Part shown: positions 16,170 through 24,937 of the stretch, one piece after another
Layout: each line of letters starts with the position of its first letter
Numbering within the stretch: the stretch's first letter is position 1
Virus record (IMG/VR): IMGVR_UViG_3300020042_004974
Span: 1-29,498 of that record
Strand: one strand, 5' to 3'
Length of the DNA: 29,498 nt
Source: a virus
Taxonomy: Duplodnaviria; Caudoviricetes
Made by a program: the position numbers and the translations under genes
Notes under the pieces: generated by a model
Told to the model about the DNA's origin: nothing
What the model saw: the letters and a program-made list of their open reading frames with translations, nothing else
The model's database searches: none

Positions 16170-16202
16170 TCGGTAAATCCTTTATCAGTTAAGGTAGAAC
16201 CT

Positions 16203-16231
16203 ATTTTACACAAGTTTTGAGCAAATGTCAA
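16203..16231 (-). promoter_or_regulatory. Sigma70-like early promoter
   Basis: TTGACA-17 bp-TAAAAT. Confidence 0.85.
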
Positions 16232-16251
16232 CAGGCTATAACTAGCTGATT

Positions 16252-17016
16252 TTACGGTATGTTTTCGAACAGATTGCCTGTTACTACACCTTTTGGGAGT
16301 GGGTTGTTTTCAAAATACTGTCCAAAAGTCTGCTTGACCTTTTCCCTGTACTCTGATGTTTGTTTGGTGAACAATTGGTACTTGTTTTCACCTTCTTCCA
16401 CAGCAATGATAATTGCAATTTGTGGAATGGCAATTGGTTTGACTTCTTTGTATACTTCTTCCAACATAATTGCATATGCTGTTGATTGCAAGAAGTAGTC
16501 CTCAATCCAATCTTCTCTCTTATTAGTCGTTGCTGATTTGAAGTCGACAATTGTATTGACACCCATGAACCGACAGAACATATCTGAGCGGCCAGCTGTC
16601 TTTAGCGTATGAGAGAACAACGCTAGTTCGTTACCATACACCACTTCTACATTCTCATCGAGAACCGGACGTATATGGCTGAACAACTCTATATGGAGCG
16701 GCATATGCTTCCCTAGATAGTTCTCCTTGTTAAGGAGGTAATCCTCGCATATTTGATGGAGTTGTGTCCCTCTATCAGAGGCACGACGGGAGATTCGATT
16801 TGCTTCTGCTTCCCCCACTTTCTTACGCCATCTATCCAGTCCAGCCTTCTTTTCTTGATTACTACCAAGGACAGTGGTTACGGATGGATATAATGCACCA
16901 TCCGGAGTCCAGTAATAGCGCTTGCCATTGATTGTGGTGGAATCAAGATCTATTTGTGGTAGATCTTGACGCTCAAACAATTTACGGTTTTGAGTCTTCG
17001 AGTTGAATCTTTGCAA
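16252..17016 (-). CDS. PD-(D/E)XK exonuclease
   Basis: YPSVTTVL, RGT..H...E, AGRSD...IVDFKS, QSTAYA; true start may be TTG near 16980; adjacent to phoH. Confidence 0.9.
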   Translation of the reverse strand: MQRFNSKTQNRKLFERQDLPQIDLDSTTINGKRYYWTPDGALYPSVTTVLGSNQEKKAGLDRWRKKVGEAEANRISRRASDRGTQLHQICEDYLLNKENYLGKHMPLHIELFSHIRPVLDENVEVVYGNELALFSHTLKTAGRSDMFCRFMGVNTIVDFKSATTNKREDWIEDYFLQSTAYAIMLEEVYKEVKPIAIPQIAIIIAVEEGENKYQLFTKQTSEYREKVKQTFGQYFENNPLPKGVVTGNLFENIP

Positions 17017-17749
17017 GGATATAATCTTTCACTAAACTACTACGAACAATATCATCAGTTGTAAATTCAATTCGTGTGAATGCTTTCATCAAACCAGCTA
17101 CTTCAAAAAACTTTAGTAGGCCTGACTTATCATCACGTTTCTTCAAATCACACTGTCTATAATCACCACACCATATGATCTTTGAGCGATGACCGACTCG
17201 AGTCATAACTGTATCGATTTCTTCATATGTCATGTTTTGCATTTCATCAACAATAATAATAGCATCATCAAAGGTCATTCCTCTAATGAACGATGTTGAG
17301 ATAAACTCAATCGCATGCTGTTCCTCTAGTCGCTGATAAGCATCTCTCCTACCAAACAACGTATCGCATATCTGCATATACGGTTGTCTATAAATCTCTA
17401 ACTTACCTTCTATGTCACCTGGAAGGTGACCAATCTCTCTACCTTGTACAGCAGATCTTACAATAATAACTTTACTAAAAGTATTACCTTTATCTAATAC
17501 TTCTTCTAGTGCTTTATATACTGCAATAAAGCTTTTTCCAGTTCCTGCTACACCATGCAATGCTATAAAATAATCGCCTCGCTTGTATGCGTCATAAAAC
17601 TTCTTTTGGTTATCAGTCAGTGGATCAAACGTCTTCATTTGATCTAATTTTATTTTCAATGGCAAATGTTGTCTTGATGGTTGCTCGTTATATTGGGGTT
17701 GCGTGTCTGTGTTAACTGCGTGTAATGCGTTTGAGCGTTTGCTAGCCAT
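16982..17749 (-). CDS. phoH: PhoH family ATPase
   Basis: GVAGTGKS, IGHLPG, FIRGMTFDDA.IIVDEMQN, GDYRQCD; AGGAG RBS before MASK. Confidence 0.96.
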   Translation of the reverse strand: MASKRSNALHAVNTDTQPQYNEQPSRQHLPLKIKLDQMKTFDPLTDNQKKFYDAYKRGDYFIALHGVAGTGKSFIAVYKALEEVLDKGNTFSKVIIVRSAVQGREIGHLPGDIEGKLEIYRQPYMQICDTLFGRRDAYQRLEEQHAIEFISTSFIRGMTFDDAIIIVDEMQNMTYEEIDTVMTRVGHRSKIIWCGDYRQCDLKKRDDKSGLLKFFEVAGLMKAFTRIEFTTDDIVRSSLVKDYILAKIQLEDSKP

Positions 17750-17778
17750 TTTTCTCCTGCCGATTGGGTTAGTTATTG

Positions 17779-18075
17779 TTATTCGGAGCTCCTCCATTTA
17801 CGGATTGCTCTCTCGGTTTGAACTTGCTTGATAGACTTCTTTCCGTGATTGGATGCTAATGGAGAACCTGGATGGGCGTCAGAGATTTTTGATAGTACAT
17901 CCTTGAACCCACTATCCAACTTTCCAGTAACAGAAACACCCGAGACAATGTTAGGCGCTGTGATCACCCTTACGTGGTCAGGATTAGCGTCTTTATAATT
18001 GTCAAGTTCACTGATGCGCATCATGATGTCAAATACTTCATCAGTGTTTGTATCACGGAAACAATAGATTGGCAT
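17779..18075 (-). CDS. FmdB-like small protein (degenerate zinc ribbon)
   Basis: MPIYCFRD...FDIMMRISELD...NP...GFKDVLSKI...HP; canonical CxxC pairs absent. Confidence 0.65.
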   Translation of the reverse strand: MPIYCFRDTNTDEVFDIMMRISELDNYKDANPDHVRVITAPNIVSGVSVTGKLDSGFKDVLSKISDAHPGSPLASNHGKKSIKQVQTERAIRKWRSSE

Positions 18076-18282
18076 TTACTTCTTAGTTGTCGTACGTGGT
18101 TTGCGTGTTGTGGTAGTAGTAGTTTTCTTAGCAACAGTCTTCTTAGCAGCTGGTTTAACAACCTCAACTACTGGTTCTGGCGTTGGCTCGGGTAGAGTAA
18201 CTTCTACTGCCTTTGGTGTGAATGCTTTGTATATTACATACGCAAAGCCTGCAACTACTACTAAAATTACGATCATTTCCAT
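18076..18282 (-). CDS. Membrane-anchored protein with P/E linker and K/T-rich tail
   Basis: N-terminal TM; AGGAG RBS. Confidence 0.75.
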   Translation of the reverse strand: MEMIVILVVVAGFAYVIYKAFTPKAVEVTLPEPTPEPVVEVVKPAAKKTVAKKTTTTTTRKPRTTTKK

Positions 18283-18295
18283 TTAAGTCTCCTTG

Positions 18296-18475
18296 TTAAT
18301 AATTTTCATCCATAATGACTTTCCAGTCTTTCCGCCTAATAGCTCTATCTACGGCGGTGTTTGCTTTTGCTAACTGCTGTGTCTTCGATTTCTTGGACAA
18401 ATGGCGACTGTCGTCTCCGAAGTCCTTAAACGACTTGTGTGTTTTCTTCGTTTTATGAAGTTCTAGGCTCTTCAT
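18296..18475 (-). CDS. Basic hypothetical protein (59 aa)
   Basis: Manual translation MKSLELHKTKKTHKSFKDF...RRKDWKVIMDENY; fills the gap. Confidence 0.6.
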   Translation of the reverse strand: MKSLELHKTKKTHKSFKDFGDDSRHLSKKSKTQQLAKANTAVDRAIRRKDWKVIMDENY

Positions 18476-18914
18476 CTTGGTTCTGCTCCGCTATAAGACC
18501 TGGGAATGCTTCCTTAATTAGTTTAGCCGTAATTCCTTTATAGGGAATCTTTTTATCTTTAATAGCAACTAAGATCGCTGCATCGCTTGGATGTATTGAT
18601 TCTAATAGTTCTATGTAAAGCGCTTCACGTCTCAACTTAGTAAGGTTAGGATTGCCACCTTTAACAAAAAGATACAAACGACGTACCTCTGACATTAAAC
18701 GTAGCTCTTGTGCGGGGTATGGACATTCTTTGAATGGTGGAGCACCTTCAGGGAGATCCCATACAATTGTCGGGTCGTATGCATAACGTAGAATCGTCTG
18801 CAACGCTGGGTTCTGATATTGACGTAGAAAGTTAATTTTATCTTCCGTCGATTTGAGAGCTGATGCTTGCTCTAGTATTTGAAATATACCTAATCTCATA
18901 TTAAAATTCACCAA
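18453..18914 (-). CDS. Hypothetical T4-like protein downstream of rnh
   Basis: WDLPEGAPPF...RRLYLFVKGG...RE..YIELLE.IHP.DA; start probably MRLG at 18899. Confidence 0.85.
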   Translation of the reverse strand: MVNFNMRLGIFQILEQASALKSTEDKINFLRQYQNPALQTILRYAYDPTIVWDLPEGAPPFKECPYPAQELRLMSEVRRLYLFVKGGNPNLTKLRREALYIELLESIHPSDAAILVAIKDKKIPYKGITAKLIKEAFPGLIAEQNQDEEPRTS

Positions 18915-19761
18915 TATTTTCAGTCAAGGTTTTGAGTTTGAATTTACTAAAATACTCAGCCAACTTATCTTTCGATTTACTAGCTTCGCTATGATACTTC
19001 TCTAAAATAGAATTCATTAGTTCTTCTGGAATCATGTGGAGGTCAATTAAACGCTCATTTCGTTTAAAATTATTTAATTGGTCTGGGGGGAGTACTTTAG
19101 ACAAATCGGCAATGCTAGTAAGATATTCGATTCGTTTGGCTGGCAAAGACTTTTGACGCTCGCCTTCGATGATGCACGTGTCGGAGGACATGATGTTAGG
19201 AATCCCATCTCCTCGATCGCCTTTGAGAATGTGCTCACGTAAATATTTGTGAGGGTTAGTGTTCTTAATTTGCTTTTTAAGAACAGGGTTATACTGCTCG
19301 ACATTTCCATACACTTGTAGTTGTACAAAATCTTTATCACCTGATAAGATTAATATTTTTTCACTTGATTGTAATATAGTACCATATTCGATACACAATG
19401 TTGCAATAATATCATCTGCTTCCGCACCTTCTACTTGCAACACTCTATAGGGCGAGTAATGTTTCAACTCATCCCTAATCTTATTTAGACAATTAAAGAT
19501 TTGATTCCAATCAATTTCTGACTGCGCACGTGCCTTTTTACGATTGGCTTTGTAGTAGGGAAATACCTGCTTACGCCAATACCTTTTATCATCACAAGCA
19601 ATAATAATCTCACCATAGTCAGCAAAGTTTTTACGGAACGAGCGAATGCTGTTCAGAACCATATGCCTGAAAATATCTTCTTCTATCACAGTGTTAGTGT
19701 GATTACCAAGCTGAGCCATAATATTGGCGATCATCACTTGGCTGATATCTATGATAATCAT
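18901..19761 (-). CDS. rnh: T4-type RNase H / 5'-3' exonuclease
   Basis: IIID, YWRK..FPYYKANRK, EADDII, ILSGDKDFVQL, GDRGDGIPN, RNERLIDL. Confidence 0.95.
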   Translation of the reverse strand: MIIIDISQVMIANIMAQLGNHTNTVIEEDIFRHMVLNSIRSFRKNFADYGEIIIACDDKRYWRKQVFPYYKANRKKARAQSEIDWNQIFNCLNKIRDELKHYSPYRVLQVEGAEADDIIATLCIEYGTILQSSEKILILSGDKDFVQLQVYGNVEQYNPVLKKQIKNTNPHKYLREHILKGDRGDGIPNIMSSDTCIIEGERQKSLPAKRIEYLTSIADLSKVLPPDQLNNFKRNERLIDLHMIPEELMNSILEKYHSEASKSKDKLAEYFSKFKLKTLTENIGEF

Positions 19762-19767
19762 TTTGTC

Positions 19768-19796
19768 ATTGTAATCAAATTACGCTAATTAGTCAA
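19768..19796 (-). promoter_or_regulatory. Sigma70-like promoter for rnh
   Basis: TTGACT-17 bp-TACAAT; ATG 6 nt downstream. Confidence 0.75.
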
Positions 19797-20769
19797 CAGC
19801 TTTTTCGGGTAACTTAATATTATGGTCTTCTAAAATTCCACCAAGAAGCGCATTCCACTGGTGTGTACGGTATTGCCAGCTATAGAATACATCAGCATAT
19901 GATTTCTGACCGGCTAAACGCGTCTGTACAGCATCAGTCCAATAGTTCTCAATCCCCATTGCTAGGTGGTTGATCAACGATACAGCATGGTCGCGTTTGT
20001 CTTGTGTCCATTGATACATCCAAGTCCAGTTTGCTGCTGTCTCGTATAATGCACCATAGTTAGGATGTACACATAAACAACCAGCACTCATTGCTTCCAT
20101 CAAAGCCATACATGATGTTTCTAACCAAATGGAAGGGTATGCTTGGATGTGTGCTTCAGCAAGAGCTGCTCTCACTACATCATTCGGTTGATAGCCGTGG
20201 TAATTGATCTTAGGATGCTCTTCACAAAATTTGAATAGGTCCTTGTATGGCTCATCTCGGTCAGCCCATCCATACGCTTTAAACGAGGAGAATACGTCTA
20301 GTTCAATGTTGTCATATCGTTCGCACAATTTATCAAATACAGGAACAAGAATTTCCAATCCACGATGTGGAGTTGTATTGTATATAATCTTGATCTTGTC
20401 TTTAGACTTTTCTTTTGTATAGATTGGTTCAATTGCATTTTGCAATACAACTGACTTATACCATGGAAGTCCGTAGTGCTGTTGGTATTGTTGGAATTGC
20501 CAGTTTGAAACGAAGATCAGTTTCTCAAACTTATTCCATCCACCATTAGCGAGGTGTTGGGATTCTGGATCACCAGGAAGGTCGTGTAGCCAGTACAGTT
20601 CTAGCTTACCGGGGCTAGTTCCACGAAAGCGGCTAGCGGTTATATTAAACTGGTCAAGCAGTTGAGGATCAATACGGTCTTGTAAACCGTACTTCATCAT
20701 CTCAGTACCGCCCATTGCGTTCTTACTCAACTCATCTGTTGCTATTGGCATTATGTTCTCACAAATCAA
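19789..20769 (-). CDS. GT-B (GT4-like) glycosyltransferase
   Basis: MGGTE, WLHD, FVSNWQ, PHRGL, YPSIWLETSCMALMEAMSAG (E-x7-E). Confidence 0.9.
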   Translation of the reverse strand: MICENIMPIATDELSKNAMGGTEMMKYGLQDRIDPQLLDQFNITASRFRGTSPGKLELYWLHDLPGDPESQHLANGGWNKFEKLIFVSNWQFQQYQQHYGLPWYKSVVLQNAIEPIYTKEKSKDKIKIIYNTTPHRGLEILVPVFDKLCERYDNIELDVFSSFKAYGWADRDEPYKDLFKFCEEHPKINYHGYQPNDVVRAALAEAHIQAYPSIWLETSCMALMEAMSAGCLCVHPNYGALYETAANWTWMYQWTQDKRDHAVSLINHLAMGIENYWTDAVQTRLAGQKSYADVFYSWQYRTHQWNALLGGILEDHNIKLPEKAVD

Positions 20770-21043
20770 ATTTTACACTAATAACACTATCTAGGCGAAA
20801 TGATCTCCACGCTTCTTTGTCCAAGTCCCAAACAGCCAGTGTATCGAGGTTTTCTTCTTTAACCCGATCAGTTGTCTTCTCGTGGGGAACAATTACAGCT
20901 TCGGCTAATGTGCAATTCATTTCTCGCTCACTACCATCTTTCTTAGTAAACACAATTGCCATAGGACCCATCCTCAAATGACCTTGAAGCCATTCACGTC
21001 CTTCTTTTGTTGCTAGTGGTTTCTCAAGCATTTCCATAATCAT
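20759..21043 (-). CDS. Small Sm/SH3-like (WYL-like) beta-barrel protein
   Basis: FTKKDGSEREMNCTL...VWDLDKEAWRSFRLD. Confidence 0.8.
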   Translation of the reverse strand: MIMEMLEKPLATKEGREWLQGHLRMGPMAIVFTKKDGSEREMNCTLAEAVIVPHEKTTDRVKEENLDTLAVWDLDKEAWRSFRLDSVISVKFDL

Positions 21044-21234
21044 CTTCCTTTAGTTAAAATCCACGAATCTTTCGAATAGCTCAGTTGCTGCGCACCCCTA
21101 CTAGGAACGTTCAATACCCAATAGTTCTTACCATCAATCTCTTTCTCGTTGACGATATTACCTTTTACAATTTCGTTGTTAAGTTTGTTTTTCAAAACAA
21201 CATCAGGTCTAATTTTATATTGTATGCGTTTCAT
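21040..21234 (-). CDS. Hypothetical protein
   Basis: 64-aa ORF downstream of the tRNA, ATGA-coupled to the next gene. Confidence 0.7.
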   Translation of the reverse strand: MKRIQYKIRPDVVLKNKLNNEIVKGNIVNEKEIDGKNYWVLNVPSRGAQQLSYSKDSWILTKGR

Positions 21235-21247
21235 TTTTTAACAAGAT

Positions 21248-21322
21248 TGGTGGGCCGACCTGGAATTGAACCAAGACTCAAGGCATTATGAGTACCCTGC
21301 TTTACCATTAAGCTATCGGCCC
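21248..21322 (-). tRNA. tRNA with CAT anticodon, most likely tRNA-Ile2 (alternative: elongator Met)
   Basis: GGGCCGA/TCGGCCC acceptor, D-stem GCTT/AAGC, loop CTCATAA, T-loop TTCAATT, encoded CCA. C4:G69 and C5:G68 favour Ile2; paired 1:72 argues against initiator. Confidence 0.93.
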
Positions 21323-21338
21323 CTTGAACGTATCTGCA

Positions 21339-21367
21339 ATGATACTTGATCCTGATTATAAAGACAA
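21339..21367 (-). promoter_or_regulatory. Sigma70-like promoter for the tRNA unit
   Basis: TTGTCT-17 bp-TATCAT. Confidence 0.55.
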
Positions 21368-21372
21368 CAGGG

Positions 21373-21828
21373 TCAGACTACTGCTTTTAACTTCTTTTGT
21401 TTTTGTGAGGTTGATATTCGCTCCCCTTGAGTGTTCAAGATATGCTTCCTATGTACTCTACAAATAACCCAATCATTATAATACAGATCAGGTTTAAATA
21501 AAACAGCTCGTGTTATTTGTTCGTAGGTTTCGTAATAGGAACACTCTCCTTTGGACACGCATAGGTGTAGGATTTCCCGTTTGAATTGATCGTCTCCTAG
21601 ACGTTTGACGTCTTCGTTAAGAGAGATTGATGAGCCAAAGTAACCTTTCCAGTCACTCTCAGCCAGGTAGCGTTTGCGCTTACCTTTTAAGGTTTTGATT
21701 TTTTTGAACCAAAACAATTTCTTACCGACATACATTTTTCCTGTATGTAAGTTTGTAATTAGATAAACAAAGCCGTAGTGAGATTCTTCTGGTGTCTCAT
21801 ATACTTCCCCATTGTAAAGCCATGTCAT
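21373..21828 (-). CDS. Stand-alone GIY-YIG nuclease (Seg-like)
   Basis: YGFVYLITN...MYVGKK...YFGSS...FKREIL...E...YYN. Confidence 0.85.
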   Translation of the reverse strand: MTWLYNGEVYETPEESHYGFVYLITNLHTGKMYVGKKLFWFKKIKTLKGKRKRYLAESDWKGYFGSSISLNEDVKRLGDDQFKREILHLCVSKGECSYYETYEQITRAVLFKPDLYYNDWVICRVHRKHILNTQGERISTSQKQKKLKAVV

Positions 21829-22493
21829 TTAATGACCATTTTTGTTTCCATCAATTCATCGACGAAGGTTAATAATAAGTTGTGGTGTTTTCCACCATTC
21901 CAGTATTTATTTATGTACTGCCAAGGCTTCTCATACCAATAAAGTTGAGCTTCAGGATGACATCCAATCAACCCTATTCTGCCTTTGATGATTGCCATTG
22001 GATCGCCATTAGCATAACGAGCGATCGTTTTAAATTCACTCTCGTCGCCAATTAAAGCACAACCGTCATAAAAATACATCTTCTCTTGCTGACCGTTCCA
22101 ATCAATGGTAGCTACTGTGCCATAGCTTCGTTTAACGTCAGCATTCGGCCTTTTGATGTATTGTACGGCCCTTACATCGCCTATCAGATCGAAGTACCAC
22201 TCATCTGCCCAATACGCTCCCATACAGATGCCAAGATAGTAACCACCATCTTCAATATACTTTGCTATCCGGTTACCAGTTCTTCTCGAGAACAACTTAT
22301 AACAAGAATCTGAATCTCCAACACCACCCGGAAAAGCAATAACCGATACGCCTTCAAAGAAGTTGGGATCGGTTATGTCGTTTCCATCAAACGTCTTTAT
22401 ATTATATTTCGGAGATAGTGCTGTAGTCATTGCATCCACACAATCCTTAGAACAAAAAGGGTGATGTAAGAATAATGCAATGGTGGGTTTCAT
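21825..22493 (-). CDS. Class I glutamine amidotransferase-like protein (BPL_N type)
   Basis: FPGG, YLGICMGAY nucleophile elbow and HPE. Confidence 0.85.
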   Translation of the reverse strand: MKPTIALFLHHPFCSKDCVDAMTTALSPKYNIKTFDGNDITDPNFFEGVSVIAFPGGVGDSDSCYKLFSRRTGNRIAKYIEDGGYYLGICMGAYWADEWYFDLIGDVRAVQYIKRPNADVKRSYGTVATIDWNGQQEKMYFYDGCALIGDESEFKTIARYANGDPMAIIKGRIGLIGCHPEAQLYWYEKPWQYINKYWNGGKHHNLLLTFVDELMETKMVIK

Positions 22494-23482
22494 TATGTTA
22501 GATTTTCTTTAAAGATCTTCCAAGCATTGTCCCAACTCCAACGTTGGCTGCCCTTCAATACACCCTCTCTTCTCAATTGCAAACATCCATCAATGGCATC
22601 GGATAGATTGTCATTCATAAATCCAGTAACGCCTTGCTCAATCACATCCTTTGGACCATCACAAGGAAATGCAGCAACTGGTGTACCACAAGCCATTGCT
22701 TCGATCATTACTATACCAAACGTTTCCCACATACTTGGGAATACAAACACTTCAGCATTGGCATAATATTGGGCTAGATCTATGCCTGTTTTAAACCCTG
22801 TGAAGTGTACGTCGGGATATTGCTTTTTGTAGATTTCCAGCATAGGACCATCGCCTACCATAATCTTCTGATATCCCGGATAATCTAATTTTAAAAATTC
22901 TTCAAGATTCTTTTCTTTACTTACGCGAGAGACGCAAAGTAAATATTTTGCTGGTAATTCTTTTCTGAGTGTAGGAGTAAATATATCCCGATCAACACCA
23001 CGGGTCCAAGGAACAACTTCACCATCAAATCCATGATCCTTGAGATCCTTGACCATTGTATCAGTCGTCGTTAGTACTTTGCCTGAATGTTTATGGAACC
23101 AACGAACGAATCTCCACGTTAGAAATTCAGGAATGCCAAATAGCTTGTGTAATCCTTCAGGGAATTTAGTATGATAAGCAGTATTATGCCTAATGCCACG
23201 TTTTGAAAGATATGCTCGAGCCCACAGACCCAAAGGACCTTCGGTGGCGATGTGGATATGATCCGGATTGATCTCCTCAATCTTCTTGCCCAAGTTCCGG
23301 GGATAGCTAATCTTGACTTCGTTGTAGCCAGGGCAATCAATATAGCTGAAGCTCCTGGGATCAAGATAATCAATGCTATAACCATCGCGAACCGCACACG
23401 CCTCAATGTTTTTATATGTTGTAACGACCCCATTGATTTGATCAGGTAGGTTGTCGGTTACTATCAGTATCCTCTTTGTCAT
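22493..23482 (-). CDS. GT4 glycosyltransferase (Agt/RfaG-like, putative diacylglycerol glycosyltransferase)
   Basis: ILIVTD...QINGVV.T, HIATEGPLG, YHTKFPE, RVSKEKN, FPS.WETFGIVMIEAMACGTPV; start MTKRIL. Confidence 0.9.
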   Translation of the reverse strand: MTKRILIVTDNLPDQINGVVTTYKNIEACAVRDGYSIDYLDPRSFSYIDCPGYNEVKISYPRNLGKKIEEINPDHIHIATEGPLGLWARAYLSKRGIRHNTAYHTKFPEGLHKLFGIPEFLTWRFVRWFHKHSGKVLTTTDTMVKDLKDHGFDGEVVPWTRGVDRDIFTPTLRKELPAKYLLCVSRVSKEKNLEEFLKLDYPGYQKIMVGDGPMLEIYKKQYPDVHFTGFKTGIDLAQYYANAEVFVFPSMWETFGIVMIEAMACGTPVAAFPCDGPKDVIEQGVTGFMNDNLSDAIDGCLQLRREGVLKGSQRWSWDNAWKIFKENLT

Positions 23483-24221
23483 TCTCTTTAGTCCATGTAA
23501 TAATTTCCCACTTACCATCATAGTGTTCAACTAAAGCAGTGCAGGATTCAACCCAATCACCATCATTCATATAAATGATGTCGTTTACTTTTTTTATCTC
23601 AGCGTGATGTATGTGTCCGCATATAACTCCATCAAACCCACGCTTCTTACAATACGCTGCTATATTCTTTTCAAACTGAAACATAAAATCACTTGCTTTT
23701 TTGACTTTATGCTTTAGATACTTACTTAGTGACCAATAACCAAATCCTAGCTTATGGCGGATCCAATTGAACTTAGAATTCCATTCTAGTACTAGATCAT
23801 ATAGCTTGTCGCCAAGAAATGCCAACCAAGGAGCAAGACGAGTAATACCATCAAATAGATCGCCATGTGTAACCAAATAATGTTTTCCATCTATGCCAAT
23901 ATGTTCAGTTTGATTTTTAATTTCAATTAGACCAAACGAAAAACCATACGGTATCATCGGTCTTAAAAACTCATCATGGTTACCAGCAACGTATATTACT
24001 TTTGTTCCTCGCTTTGCATGACCAAGAATCCTACGAACAACGTTTGTGTGGCTTTGTTTCCATCGCCACTTGTTTTGTTGGATTTTCCAAGCATCAATAA
24101 TATCCCCTACAAGATACAAAGTTTCGCAAGTATTATGCTTTAGGAAATTGTTTAGCTTACCAGCCTGACAATCTCTAGTGCCCAAGTGTACATCACTTAT
24201 GAATATTGTCTTGTACTTCAT
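23442..24221 (-). CDS. Metallophosphoesterase, LpxH/PlcP (COG2908) family
   Basis: SDVHLG, GDIID, GNHD, HGD, GHIH, Y.NDGDWVESCTALVE. Confidence 0.92.
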   Translation of the reverse strand: MKYKTIFISDVHLGTRDCQAGKLNNFLKHNTCETLYLVGDIIDAWKIQQNKWRWKQSHTNVVRRILGHAKRGTKVIYVAGNHDEFLRPMIPYGFSFGLIEIKNQTEHIGIDGKHYLVTHGDLFDGITRLAPWLAFLGDKLYDLVLEWNSKFNWIRHKLGFGYWSLSKYLKHKVKKASDFMFQFEKNIAAYCKKRGFDGVICGHIHHAEIKKVNDIIYMNDGDWVESCTALVEHYDGKWEIITWTKENDKEDTDSNRQPT

Positions 24222-24227
24222 GTGAGT

Positions 24228-24234
24228 TATTTAT
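24228..24234 (-). promoter_or_regulatory. T4-type late promoter
   Basis: ATAAATA on the minus strand, 6 nt before the ATG at 24221. Confidence 0.65.
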
Positions 24235-24299
24235 CGTGTTGTTTTCGGATCTTTAAAGATCTTCCCATAGAGAGCCCAAACCATCATCCACTCAAAATT

Positions 24300-24788
24300 T
24301 TATTTTGGTGCGTATTTAACTAGAGTATTAAATATAAGCGTTATCGTAGGTATCACTGTTGCTACGGACGATGAAAAAATCAATAGATTGTCTATTAGAC
24401 CTTGACGTTTCTTTGCTTTGGCTTGAAGTTCTTTAGATTCCTGAGCGGCTCGTTCTTTATACATACGAACCCTCTCTTTCATCATTTCATCCCAAACATC
24501 TTTATTGCCTGACCAAATTAACATTTCCTTTAGTTCTTTTTCCGCTTCACGCAAAGCTTTACTTTGCATAGCAATAGCTAAAGATTTGGACCTAATTTGT
24601 CCATTCGTTATTCCCCTGATTTCACCCAAACAATTGGCTGTGTGTATCTTATCACTGTTCTCAAAGAATGCTCCAAATTGTACATACAAACTTTTAATGT
24701 CTTTACCCATAGCCACAGCTTGTTTAATACCCCCGATAGCTCGTTGAGCCGTTGCAAAAGCCAACTCTATGGATGCAGGATCAATCAT
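24300..24788 (-). CDS. Helical protein with amphipathic 'MIDP' N-terminus and C-terminal hydrophobic segment
   Basis: 162 aa; distant paralog of 26025..26801. Confidence 0.8.
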   Translation of the reverse strand: MIDPASIELAFATAQRAIGGIKQAVAMGKDIKSLYVQFGAFFENSDKIHTANCLGEIRGITNGQIRSKSLAIAMQSKALREAEKELKEMLIWSGNKDVWDEMMKERVRMYKERAAQESKELQAKAKKRQGLIDNLLIFSSSVATVIPTITLIFNTLVKYAPK

Positions 24789-24937
24789 TTTTTAGTTTCT
24801 TTTTTCCACTCCAAGCAAACAACTTTTCTCTCATACACATCACCAGTCCAAGACCACCTGACGCATTTCATTTCTTGCGAGTAGGAATGTGTTGTCAGCG
24901 TAGTTAATACTAATATTGCCAACAACAAGTATTTCAT
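24785..24937 (-). CDS. Small exported protein with a two-Cys Trp-rich hairpin (50 aa)
   Basis: Manual translation MKYLLLAILVLTTLTTHSYSQEMKCVRWSWTGDVYERKVVCLEWKKETKK; ATGA overlaps on both sides. Confidence 0.8.
   Translation of the reverse strand: MKYLLLAILVLTTLTTHSYSQEMKCVRWSWTGDVYERKVVCLEWKKETKK

Noticed and set aside
11715-21828. Split homing endonuclease (NUMOD3 protein plus stand-alone GIY-YIG)
   Set aside because: The genes are 9 kb apart on opposite strands with no sequence evidence of linkage.
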